Shown: positions 52,706 through 64,000, numbered from the stretch's first letter. The stretch: 64,000 bases of DNA from Blepharisma stoltei ATCC 30299 (GCA_965603825.1 CBFDEM010000025.1:124001-188000); one strand, 5' to 3'. Program-made: numbers and translations. The notes: a model not told the origin generated them from the letters alone.

Positions 52706-53536
52706 ATGAGTCTTTTTATTGGAAATCTCTCAAGAAACATTTCTTTAAAAGAGCTCGAAGAACAGTTCAACAAATTCGGCCCCTGCAAGATAAACCACCG
52801 CGTTGCGCTAACCCAAGGTGGATATGCCTTTGTAGAGTATATAAATGACCATGACGCCGAAGAAGCAATGAAAGCTCTTGTTGGGAAAAATTTAGGAGGA
52901 CTCTGCTTAAATATCGAATGATCTAAGCGATCGCCGAAATTCACTCAAAAAGAAGCTAATGGTGTTTCGCAAAATAAAGAAAAATTGAAAGACAGATGCT
53001 TTAAATGTGGGAAGCCAGGACACATTTCGAGAGACTGTCAAGAAGGCATGGAGTGCTATGAATGCAAAGGATATGGACATATTGCAAGAGATTGCCCTAA
53101 GCAAAATAAGAGAAAGTCCCCAAAAAATAAAATAAATAGCCCTAAAAGAAGTAGAAGTCCTAGAAGAAGTTCTTCTGAAAGATCGTTTTCAATTGAAAGA
53201 GCAGATTTACCGAATGAGTATATGCCGAGATTTCCAGAAGCTAAGGATTTTGATTTAAAACCAGTGCAGTATAATGTGGTAAAACAAGAATTCGTAAATG
53301 AAGATAAAGAAGAAATAAGAGAAATTAAAGAAGAAAATAGGGAAATCAAAGAAGAAATAAAGGAAAGTGAAAATGAGCTGATAATGGAAGATGGTTCAAA
53401 ATTTAAACTTATAAGTGGGGATTTTAATGAAGAGACTGCTATTTTTAGATGCATGGTGTGTGAGAAAAATATGCAAAGATCAAGCACCAGAAGACATATT
53501 GGCACAAAGACTCATAATGAAAAATTAATCAAGTAA
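52706..53536 (+). CDS. SR-type RNA-binding protein (RRM + two CCHC knuckles + RS/SP region + C-terminal C2H2-like finger), SRSF7/RS2Z-like
   Basis: LFIGNL, GYAFVEY, LNIE-W(TGA)-SK, CFKCGKPGHISRDC, CYECKGYGHIARDC, RSRSPRRSS, CMVC...H.....H. Confidence 0.87.
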
Positions 53537-53604
53537 TTTATTTAATAAAATTTTGGATTAAATTTTATCTCTTTTTTTAAATTTAGCTGAAATACTAAAA
53601 TAGT

Positions 53605-54408
53605 TTACAAGTAATTTTTTATTGACATACCTGACATAATTAAAGTATCTAAAGATCTTTCTGTGGATTTGGACCGTATATGGTGTGCTTTTGGAATTGA
53701 TTTTGTAGTAATATAATAAGGCTTTTTAGTATTCCGGGATGGAGATTGAGTTATAGAAGATTCACGACTGTGAATCGGCCTTGATTTTGAAGAATTATTT
53801 CTTCGAATTTTGAACCAGTTTAGTGTCTCTTCAGTTGTGATTTTGCATGATGGCAAAATTCTGCTGATTCCTTTGAGACCTGATTTAGCTCTTTTGAGGA
53901 TTTTGCAAATCTAAGTTAAAATTACCATTTGCTTATCACAAAGAATTTTGTCGTGAAAATGGTCATTAGAATCTGTAGTGTTAAAATAACAATTAGAAGG
54001 ATAATCAAATGTAGATGTATGTGTTTTACCATTAGTATCAATTGTATCTTTTGTTTTATCAAATTCTTTATCTTGAAGAAAATCCCTAATTGCTTCAAAT
54101 CCTGGGTCAAATTTTAAGCCTCTTAAAAATCCATTATTCTTAGGCTTTTCAGGAGATTTTTTGGGGCCTAAGTCCATCATATCAAACGTATTTGATTCAA
54201 CTGAAAAACTCGTTTTGTGAGATTTTCTTTTTCCAAACAAAGTTTTGGGAATTTTTGTATGCTGAAATTCATCATTCCAAGCAGAAATATCAGTTTTGAT
54301 ATGCTTTTTTGATGAAAGGATGTTTATTTCATTTTTATCGCTGAGATTTGATTTTTCGCTTTCTTTTTCAAGCTCTTGAGTTAACTTTTCATCTAATTTA
54401 TTATTCAT
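53605..54408 (-). CDS. Hypothetical low-complexity protein; 15-nt intron 53911-53925
   Basis: Two same-frame ORFs joined by removing GTAATTTTAACTTAG. Confidence 0.7.
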
Positions 54409-55131
54409 TTTGGTTAAATTATTATCGCCTAGCTTAATAATTATGTTTTAACTGAGAAATTTCTATTTTGATAGAAGCTTCTATTTATAACAGCCTAGAA
54501 TTTAACTTAAGTCAGTTAAAAAAATTATTCTATGAAATATCATAAAATAGATTAAATTATAGGGATTGTTTTTTTGCATTTAATAGTGAAAAGTTCTATT
54601 TTAAAGCAATTTAAGTGAATGCTGTATTTAATGTTTTTAGAATAATGATTTAATATTATGTATTTTTTTATGAAGTTGGAATCAACTATTTCTTATTTAA
54701 GTATTTCCTTGCATAACTCTGAAAACAAATTTTCAATAGCCAAATTGATAAGCAATGACAATTTTAATATTAAATTTAGAAAATATGTTTAAATAATTAT
54801 GAATCAGTAAATTATCATAAATACCCATATTAAAGATTTATGAATTCCAATTACAAGAATATGAAACAATTGCTTATTCAAGATTAAAATTTTGAAAAAT
54901 CAAGCAGATTCAAATATTTATGCTTTATGAATTTTATTTTTTGGAAAAAAAAACTTTTCTCTCAGAATACGTCTGAATTATGCTGGTTTCGCTTATAATA
55001 ATATAGTCGTTTTAATTTTTCAATCATCTTAACTGAAATTTCAAAAATTTCAAATTATACTAATCTTCCCATATTGAATTTCCAAAACGCTTTTATGAAG
55101 GTATCCGTTTATCAATAAAATTTAAAGTAAA

Positions 55132-55644
55132 ATGCAGGATCTCTACAGATGGACTTCATTCGCCAAGACTTTGGGAGCAAAGTCTTACAATTTAGACTCA
55201 GAGCTTCAATGTCTCCAAACTCTCACTCAGTCAATGGAGCAGCAAATTATAGACTCTCGAGATCGAATAGAAAGACTTATCATGTCTGATGAAATTACTG
55301 AGCTTGACTTCCAAGCACAAAACTCACACATACACCTTATGGCAAAAATACTCTATAGAAAAAGAAGACAAATTGTCGTGAAAATCACGAATTTGTGCAT
55401 TAAGTACTTAAGGATTGCAAAATTCAGAATAAATCCTCAGAATATTGAAGAAATAAGAGGAATTTGTTGTGATATCATTGAACAAATTGAAAAAGAAAAA
55501 GAAACACCTAAAACTATGACAGAAAATTTAAATTTTGCGAGGTTAAGAAAAAAAGTTGATCTTGTTTTAAGGGAGCTAGAAGAAGTTCCTGATATCAAGA
55601 TGGGCTGCTTTAGGATAAGCAATGAAATCATAGCACAAATTTAA
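55132..55644 (+). CDS. Hypothetical helical/coiled-coil protein (170 aa)
   Basis: AAAATG start, TAA stop, coding-like composition within AT-rich flanks. Confidence 0.65.
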   Translation: MQDLYRWTSFAKTLGAKSYNLDSELQCLQTLTQSMEQQIIDSRDRIERLIMSDEITELDFQAQNSHIHLMAKILYRKRRQIVVKITNLCIKYLRIAKFRINPQNIEEIRGICCDIIEQIEKEKETPKTMTENLNFARLRKKVDLVLRELEEVPDIKMGCFRISNEIIAQI

Positions 55645-56289
55645 ACTGATAAAAATAAATATAACATAGTTTTCCATAAATTTTGTGTTTAAGTTTCTAA
55701 TCTGACTGGGAAAAAAAAATAAAATTTTCTATGTGATGCTGTTTGATTGATATTTTTGGCTGAATATTGGAAATTTTGTAAGTAGAGAACAATTTGATTT
55801 TATTTGTATTTGGGGTCTTAGTATTCGAAATTTTTATTTTCAGCAGCGAAAAAGTTTTTGGAAATTTTTTAAGTCATACTTATGAAAAAGATATATTGAC
55901 TACACTTAAGACTTATAATTTGATTATTATCCATGATTCGTTGAAGCATAAATAATTATTAATATCTATTTAATTCTTTTATATTACATTCTTTCTTGCC
56001 CTAATACTCACCTGATATTTTATCAAAAATATTTCTTTAGCCTAATAAATCATATTTCTAAATATTTTTCAATTTGTTAATCTCTATCAATATCTAATAA
56101 TAAAGTAAACTTCTCCATTCGTCTCTCCCAATTTCACAAAATAATTAAAATTGCCCAAGCTGATTATTCTATATTTCCTGTTTTATTTATATCTTTCTAT
56201 TAAAAATATCATTATTCATGCCTACTATATTTCTGCATCTCTAATTTTCAGATAAATGGATGCCATTATAACATTTGTCTTTTTTGATA

Positions 56290-57903
56290 ATGATGCAAGC
56301 CCAAGGGAAAGCAAGTAATCAAGGAGCACAAATTTTTATAGGAGATCTTCATCCTAGCGTTTCAGAATCAGACCTATTTCAACTCACTTCAAAATATGGT
56401 CAAGTAGTTTTTATAAGAGTTCTCAGACACATTGACACAAGAATTTCACTAGGGTTTGCCTTTGTAAGCTTCACAGACCCAACTCAAGCAAATACTGCAA
56501 GAGTTGAGCTGAATGGGCTTGATGTCAAAGGAAAGCATATTAGAGTTATGAAATACTGCAGAGAGCGCGACCCAGAAGCTAATTTATTTATCAACAACCT
56601 GCCTGAAAACGTCACAAGTAAAGAATTGGATGATTTTTTTAGTGTCTATGGCAGTATTTTGTCCACAAAACTAGTTTACGACTCCAACGAGCGTCCTCGA
56701 GGCTATGGCTTTGTCCAATTCGAAAAGCAAGAATCAGCTAAAAAAGCATTAGAATCCACAAAAACCATAGATTTCAAAGGAAACAGACTCACCGTCGAAA
56801 AATTTGTTCCTATGAAAGAACGCAACGATATGTCAAATAATCGCAATTTATACGTAAGAGGCTTTGATTCCTCATTATCAGTCGACGACCTCCACAGGCG
56901 ATTTTCTATATTCGGTACCATCACTTCCCACGTTGTGATGAGAAATGAATTCCAAGGCCAACCAAGGTTTTTTGGGTTTGTCTGCTTTGATACCCCAGAA
57001 AATGCCAAAAAAGCCTCAGAAGAAATGAACGGAAAATCTGAAGGAAATTTTACATGACTAGTAGTCCCTCATATGAAAAAAGCATTAAGGCTGTCAATAA
57101 ATAAAGCTAATTATCAAAAGAAAATTGAGGAGTGGAAAAGAAAAAATCTTTATATTAGAGGAATCCCACCTGCTATTGATGAAGAAAAGCTGAGAAAAAT
57201 CTGTGAAGCGTATGGGCAGATTGAGTCTGTGCTGATTCCAAAGACGGAAAATGTGAGATTTGAGGATGGGAAACAGGTTAAAGAATGGACACCGAAAGGA
57301 ATTGCATATGTATGCTTTGCACAAGCTGAATATGCGAATAAGGCACTGGCTGTGCTAAGAGATACAACGTTAGAAGGGAATAGACTGTTTGTAGCACATT
57401 GGAAACCGAGGGAAGAGGTAGCAAAATTGGTAGGGATGATGAAGATGAGGAAGATACAAAGCCAGATGTGGGAGTATGGGATGATTGGGAATATGATGGG
57501 CCGAGGAATGAGGGCTCCTGGGCCTATGCCACCTAGGCCAAAGCCTGTACCAGAAGCTCCCAGTCAGTTGCTTATTTCACAACCCTTCGTCCATTACCCC
57601 CCACCTCCTCAGCCTCCTCCTGTTGCCCAGCTTCCTTTTAGCCTGGCTGACTTCACTGCTGCTGCTCCAGAGATCAAAAAGCGTATGATTGGTGAAGCTA
57701 TTTATCCTCCCGTCTTAAAATCTTCTAATCAGCAAGTTGCAGGCAAAATTACTGGTATGCTTCTTGAAATGGATAACGCTGAGCTCCTTGGACTATTACA
57801 GAACCCTCCTCTCCTTCTCGTTAAAGTTACAGAAGCCATCGAAGTGCTTAGAAAAGCTTGGGCAACAAACTCCGATCTCTTAAAGTTGCTGGATGCTAAA
57901 TAA
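56290..57903 (+). CDS. PABP: Polyadenylate-binding protein (4 RRM + MLLE/PABC)
   Basis: IFIGDL/SLGFAFV, LFINNL/RGYGFVQF, LYVRGF/FGFVCF, LYIRGI; MLLE motif GKITGMLLEMD; TGA 57055 = Trp. Confidence 0.95.
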
Positions 57904-57979
57904 GGCTAAAATGCTTTAAAATAGTAATGTAACATCTTAATAATTGTTTCCTACTAAAAAGTAAAGCTAAATTCATTAT

Positions 57980-58444
57980 TTAGTCTTGGTTTGCAATATC
58001 TTCAAAGTTCTTTTCTCCAACAAGATCTGGGACATCTTCTTCACCATCAGGCTTAGAAGCAGTTGCTTGTACGAGGTCTTTCAAAAACTCTAGGTTTTTA
58101 GGACCGAGTTGGTTAAGGATACCAGGCATCAGATCCGCAAAGGATTTAGACTCTCCTGTGCCTTGGACTAAAAAGAAGTTGTCTTTGATATTAGCTTGAA
58201 CTTGAGGATTTGTGAAATGCAAAATGGTATTATCATCTTTAAAGAAATTCACTTCTTCAATAGCTGGAAGGGGCTGCACTTGCAACTTTTTGAGATTGGA
58301 CATTAACTTTTTTTCATCTACTGAGTTAGTCTTGTGGGCTACTTTGTTCTTTCGCTTCATTGAGCCTTTTCCTCCAATTCTTGTGGAGTCTCCAAACTTT
58401 GCTGCAAGTCTTGCACGGGCTGCTACTACTTCAGGATCTTCCAT
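57980..58444 (-). CDS. BTF3: Nascent polypeptide-associated complex beta subunit
   Basis: RIGGKGSMKRK, IEEVNFFKDD..LHF.NP.VQA, PGILNQLG, DVPDLV..NFE. Confidence 0.95.
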   Translation of the reverse strand: MEDPEVVAARARLAAKFGDSTRIGGKGSMKRKNKVAHKTNSVDEKKLMSNLKKLQVQPLPAIEEVNFFKDDNTILHFTNPQVQANIKDNFFLVQGTGESKSFADLMPGILNQLGPKNLEFLKDLVQATASKPDGEEDVPDLVGEKNFEDIANQD

Positions 58445-58625
58445 TCTTTAAACAGGGACTTATAAGAAATATAAAGAATAATACTCAAAATGAACTTTTA
58501 AATGATTAGATCAGCATATTTTGAGAGAAATCATGCATAATAAAACAAAGATAGCGAAAAAGTCATAAAAAATATATTAATAAGTTTTCTTATTAACTTG
58601 TATCCTTAACTTAACTTCTGGCTAA

Positions 58626-60630
58626 TTATAAAGAGTCGCACTTAATAATACTTTCAAAAAAGCTCAGGAATCTTGCTGCATACCTTTCAGGCGATTCTTC
58701 AATCCTAGGTGTTTTTGGTGACTTTTTTTTGGTATTAATGTAAATATCCATTATCCCTAAAATATAAATTTTGTCTTTGTCTTCTTCTTGGCCACTAAAA
58801 ACGTGTCTTCCATATCGATGCTGCAAATCTTCTTTATATAGAGAAGGTGCAATTGTTAAAAATAATGAATATTCACTTGAGCCCATTTCTTTTAAAAATT
58901 GGACGTCGTTTTCTATCATCAATTTTAGCCAAGTTTGGTCGTAATATGATAGATAAATATTCTGCTGAATTTGGCAGAAATCAAGGTCTTTTAATAAATA
59001 CTCAGTTGGACAGTTTTTGATGGTAAATGTGGAAGGATCAGATAAAACTTGTCGGTTAAGCTTCGTACCTTTTAGTTCGAAAAAGGCAAAAGCTATAGCA
59101 TCAGGAGGTACTATGTTTTCCAAAAGAATTACGTTATATGGGTGTTTCGATTTGGGGAAAAAAGAAAATAGTCCTAAAACTCTGACAAGCAAGGATTTAT
59201 TGTGGGATTCTTCAGTTATATATTTATGAATTTTCGGAAGGGATGATAAAAACATTTCCAGTTCTTCGTCTGAAATTTCTCTCAGCAGATATTTCGAGTG
59301 GAATGGAGAATTGTGAAGAGACCGAGTCGGGTAGCCAGATAAATTCAAATCAATTTGTTCTTCTAAAATCCCTTCTTTTAAATTCTGAATAATATCACTC
59401 TGAGATATTCCATCTTGGCTTAGAATATGGAAAAAAACCATTGGAGCATATTCAACTATTTTACAGCTGAACCTTTGGACTAAATTATTTTTACATTTCT
59501 TTTTTTGTTCTTCAGTTAGCTCTGAACTAGCAATATCAGCTTCAACAATTTCATGGTCGATTTTATCATTATAAAAATTATCCGGCCATGGGAAATTCTG
59601 ATGGTGCAGTTCCTGAGCATTTGTGTGGATTTTCCCAATCAGGTTTGACAAGCAAAGCAGCGTTATTTTTAGCCTGTCATTTTCCATTTCTTTCACATCT
59701 ACATCTTTTTTAGTTAAAACACTTTCTAATATAGAAACAGTTGCCAGATTAAATAAATCGTTTTCAATTAGCTATATAAAGAATACAGGGTCCATGATGC
59801 TAGAAACACGGGACATTTTTTTGACAGTTTCCCTTATTTCATTATCTGTAGATCTGATAGTACAAATAATAAGCCCAATCAAGCTTCGGCAGATTATTGC
59901 AAATTCTTTCAGCCCAGATAAATCAGTGTATGGGAAATTGTAAGCGATCAAGTGCTCCAATGTATATGGCAAAGATAAGAAAACAAAAACCAGAAGCAAA
60001 ATACCATTTCTAATTGCCACTTTTTTTCTGGGTTTTTTTATATATGAAACTATAATAGAAAAACCACACATTAGATAAATTGGCAAATATAGGTAAAATA
60101 CCCACATAAGTAAATTTCCTCATGAGTCTTTCATAATGGAACAAATCCCATTTATTGATAACCCATGACCTCCAGTTATCGTAATTGGCAAGGTAAACGC
60201 AAAAGCCCCTATATAAGAAGTGGTTTGGTAATATCATAGCCTTGATTCATCATTCTTTATGCTCATATTTACTTGCAGTAATAGCTCTATAGCTAAACAC
60301 AAGGCTATATTTCATGATAAAGCTATCAAAAAGGTCATTAGAATTCCATGCAAAAAGCATGTAGAACCGTTTTTCAATTCTCTGTGTTATTATTTACTGG
60401 GTAATAATAAAGTGATAAGCAGTATATACATAGCAAAAAGATTGAAGAGCTAAAATTTCACATAGCATGAGGATTAAAAATCCAGGGGTTTCTGATAATC
60501 TTCTTACTCGTAAATATAGTCATACTAATAGAAGTCCTGATAAAAAGGACATCAAGTCAATTATTGAATAAGAGTATATCTGGACGGTGGTTAAATTTCC
60601 TGCCAGTTGTCCAGTCTTCTCATCTATCAT
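58626..60630 (-). CDS. GPCR-PIPK fusion: N-terminal 7TM domain + PIP4/5-kinase-like domain (657 aa); introns 60382-60397 (16 nt) and 59772-59786 (15 nt)
   Basis: Spliced frame open from ATG 60630 to TAA 58626; about seven hydrophobic helices with Cys before TM3 and in ECL2; EYAP.VF, SLLVRVLGL, ELKGT..NR, LKDLDF, EYSL, GIMD, PERYA.RF. Confidence 0.85.
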
Positions 60631-60651
60631 TATTTAATAAATTTTCAATAA

Positions 60652-61194
60652 TTAGATTATATCAAACGCTAATAGGAAATAGATTAAAATCGAGAAAATA
60701 AGTATCATAATTGCAAACCCTGCATATGTTTTCGCAAATCCTTTAAATCCAACATACTGGCCTTTAAGGGATATCAAGCAAAACACTTTAAACATATTTC
60801 ATTGAGTTCCTTTATACCCAGCCTGGTTTAGTACATATGCTACATGACTATGGCAATTATTACAGCACAAATTATGTGCTTCCTCTTTAAAGCGTTTGTC
60901 TCCTTCAAAAATCGCTCCATTCCAGATATCTTTATTCGCAAAATCCAATTTTGCATATTTTGTAGGCGCACCAAACGCCATCTTATCTACATTAACTGTA
61001 TATGACCCTGCAAAATCATGAATTTCTCCTTCTGATGTACAAATCCCGAGATGTCCAATAAAAGGCAAAATAACTGTGATTAAAGGTAGAGGTGTCCAAA
61101 CAAGACAGTAAGGAAATTTCTTGTCTTCATCGCCCTCTTCTGTTGTCCGAGAGTCTTCATCGCGCTGTGGCTCATATTTTACTTTATTTTTCAT
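60652..61194 (-). CDS. TMEM222/RTE1-like (DUF778) membrane protein (180 aa)
   Basis: FPYCLVWTPLP, PFIGHLGIC..G.IHDFAG, MAFG.P.KY, HNLCCNNCHSHVA, W(TGA)NM; TAA 60652. Confidence 0.92.
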
Positions 61195-61229
61195 ATAATT
61201 TATTGAGAAAAAGTTATAATTAGAAGAAA

Positions 61230-62075
61230 ATGTCGTCAGATCCTTCGAATGGGACAAGCTATTCAGAGCTTTTTAACAATATCAACAATAATAACCAGCA
61301 GAGCTACTTCAGTCGCCAGTATTTGATGTCACAAATTAATAATCCTCCTCCAGATGACCAAGTATTAAATATTCAAGATCTGCCTCAAAAAAGGAAAAAT
61401 GTTAGGCAGCCTGACGACCCAATAAGAAAATTCAATAATACCTTGCCTGGATACGTAATAAACTACCTAAGGAAAAATGGGCCAACCACTGAAGAAGTCA
61501 TTCTAGAAAATGTGAGAAGAGATATTGGCGGCTTACGATCAGCAACTGGAAATAAATATAAAAGCAAAGACCCAAAAAGCTGTTTAACTGGAGTGAGTAA
61601 AATGGAAATCTTCGAACAGGTCGATGGGATCTGATTCTTAAGAAACGACGAAGCTAATGAATATGAAGAAGAAACCATTGAAAAATTTGTGCAAAAATCA
61701 AAAAAATATAACCCAACTGTTTTCAAAGCAGAGAGATCTCTAAAAAAATCAGAAAGAATGATAAATCTCCTTAAAAGCTACAGCAAAAGACTAGGAGAAG
61801 ATCCAAAATATGCAGATTTGATTAGGAACCCACTAAAAAATATAGTAGGAAATGAAGATCTTGTAGACGTTTCTAATAAAATAGGCCAGGAAAGATTGAT
61901 AGGGATTCTGCAAGCTTATGATATCGTAAAAAAGTGCTTCATTAATGATATTAACCGAAGAAATAAAAATCAAGCTTCCAATGCTGTTATTGATGGAATT
62001 TATGAAAAAGTATTCAAAATAGAAGAAATTTTGGAGAAAAAGAAAGAAAGAGTAGAAGCAGCTAATAATTTATAA
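61230..62075 (+). CDS. Hypothetical protein with a possible winged-helix-like domain (281 aa)
   Basis: Two same-frame ORFs joined by TGA 61632; YVINYLRKNGPTTEEVI...IFEQVDGIW pattern resembles wHTH (inference). Confidence 0.7.
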
Positions 62076-62162
62076 CGATGTCATAAATAAGTTGCTTTTA
62101 TATATACCAAATAATAAAAAATAGCTTCAAGAAATAAAATTAATGATAAATAATTTTAATAA

Positions 62163-63002
62163 ATGGTTTTGTTTAGAAGGTTCTCATTTGTGAGGCTTGC
62201 AGAGCACATTGTAATTATAACTTAGCCTAAAAGAAGAGAAGGGCTATTAAACGCAGATGTCATGAATGAGCTGATGAGAACCAAGACAATGAAATTCAAA
62301 GAAAGAATGATTTATTTAGCAAAACGAGAAAAAAGATTTTTATTCATTTTAGGAGGATTCATAGGCGCAACTAATTTATTTTTACAAACCAAAGTAGCTG
62401 TTATTATGACGCATTCTATAGCTGAATTGTGAGTGAAAGGGAAAACTTTTTTAGTCCCTGAGGTAAAATACGATCCTTGCTCTTTACAAACCAGAGGAAA
62501 AACAAATTTAGATACAGAGATTGAAAATAAACTTGCTGATTTATTTATAAAAATAGATCTAGCGGCGCCTGAAGGTGTTACTGGGCAGCTTTTGAGAGAT
62601 ATTTGTAGAGAAATGGGAAAAAGTATTGAGTTTCCTGATGAGATCAGCATCAATGAATTTCTGAAAATTTTGGAAAAAAATAAGGTTGATGACAAATTTG
62701 TAGGAGTATTTGAAGAGAAAGTAAAATATTATGTGGAAAAAGTTAATGCATGGCAAGAAAAAATAAAAAATGATATAGACGGAATTAAAAAGCAGGTAGG
62801 AGAATTCAATGAAGAAATAAAAACAAAAGATGATGCTGATTATTTAGAATTACATATGAAAGTTTTAGGGATTAGAAAGCAAGAACTTCAGAAAAAGCTT
62901 AAAAAGACACCAAATGACTCCAGATTAAAATTGAAACTTAGTGATCTTGAAGCAGAAATCGCTTCAACAAAAGAAAAACAGACTCATAAAGCTAAAAAAT
63001 AA
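62163..63002 (+). CDS. Hypothetical, possibly mitochondrial, membrane/coiled-coil protein; 15-nt intron 62211-62225
   Basis: MVLFRRFSFVR presequence-like start; intron GTAATTATAACTTAG; TGA 62430 = Trp; one hydrophobic segment; TAA 63000-63002. Confidence 0.72.
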
Positions 63003-63117
63003 ATTATAATCTATAGCAAAATTTCATAAGATAAGCTAGCATGCTGAATGAAACTTCTGCATGGCAAATAATCTGTGAAAATATTATCATTTTTAACTTA
63101 AATTAGATTACTTATTA

Positions 63118-64000
63118 CTAATCCGAGGTTGCAATTTTTTCTGGATCTAAAATAGCTTTCTCTTTAGACGCATTCGGGCTTGGTCTAAAGTTTAAATTCC
63201 TTAATACCCTTTGTTGATCTACATCAGTGCTCTTCCCATAGATTTTTTCATCTGCGATCCTATTGCTCCATATAATCCCTTTCTTCACATCATTAGGAAT
63301 ATCAGGAACCTGCCTGCTGATTAAGAACTTAAACACTAAAAGTACATGCTCAAGAACCATAAAATAAGCCCATTTCGTTGCAAAATCAGTTAAATCAAAT
63401 ATATTTGCAGTGAAAACAATAATAGAAGTATTAGTTAAAGCGCCAATAACAGAAATGGTCCTTATGATTGACTCTCATTCACCAATAGAGTTTGCAGGGG
63501 TAGGGTACGGTCTTTTCATTAAATGGCATAATTTAAATGCGTCTACTCTGACTTCAATGACATTTACTATAAGTGCTATTAATGGAACAATAGGGTATGC
63601 AGCTGAAAACATGACGACATAGCCATAATCGATAATAAGCTCCATATAATCGTCAAGCGGTGTTTCATACTCTGACAAGCCTGCTTGTTTTTCTGTGTAC
63701 GTCATTGACTTTCTTCCTTTATGGCCATACTCAGCCATTGTTTTTAAATGTTTCTTTTCAGCTCGATCTCTGCAGGCATTAGCACAATATGGAATTCCTA
63801 GCTCGAAGAAATTGCAAATCACATTAAATATAAAGATAACTTGAAGCTGCAATGAGAGTTCATCTAAGCACACAGAATTGTCTTCGTCTCCATAGCATTT
63901 AATGAACCCTAAATAGAATAAAGAAGCATAACTATTGACAAATTGGAATAAATAAAGTTTTATACATAATGCATCATTGTACTCAGTATCATACTCATAG
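63118..64000 (-). CDS. Anoctamin/TMEM16 family protein, C-terminal part (starts beyond window end)
   Basis: KLYLFQFVNSYASLFY, DDYMELIIDYGY..MF.AAYP, N..EVRVDAFK....KRP......IGE-W(TGA), EH.L...K......PD.P. Confidence 0.93.

Noticed and set aside
1193-63873. In-frame TGA as selenocysteine or as mass pseudogenisation
   Set aside because: TGAs align with Trp/TGG, not Cys, and occur in essential genes such as PABP.
1-64000. CRISPR arrays, rRNA, tRNA, telomere repeats, prokaryotic promoters/terminators
   Set aside because: None recognised by eye and the sequence is eukaryotic; small RNAs cannot be excluded without a covariance-model scan.

Overview
AT-rich, gene-dense eukaryotic nuclear DNA, most consistent with the somatic (macronuclear) genome of a heterotrich ciliate of the Blepharisma type. 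TGA is read as Trp (it sits at conserved Trp positions and alternates with TGG between paralogs), only TAA/TAG terminate genes, introns are 15-16 nt, and some intergenic gaps are only 1-35 bp. The supplied ORF track therefore fragments most genes; I re-joined them by hand. The window holds about 22 intact genes: AGC kinase, kelch proteins, aspartic protease, TPR protein, LSm7-like, ACSF3-like, two ~2370-aa LNR/beta-helix/multi-TM surface proteins, an atypical kinase, a UEV-like protein, an SR-type splicing factor, PABP, NAC-beta, a GPCR-PIPK fusion and a TMEM222-like protein. There are also partial pyruvate-kinase-like and anoctamin genes. Several tandem-duplication zones contain pseudogenes, and a decayed APE-RT non-LTR retrotransposon has its 3' end fused in frame to a kelch gene. 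The most interesting leads are the LINE-kelch chimeric ORF, a GPCR-PIPK with a degenerate active site, the LNR-array receptor pair, a candidate 'poison' micro-intron in the SR protein, and a 1.1-kb direct-repeat-flanked insertion splitting a kinase. All calls come from manual reading; no database searches were run.
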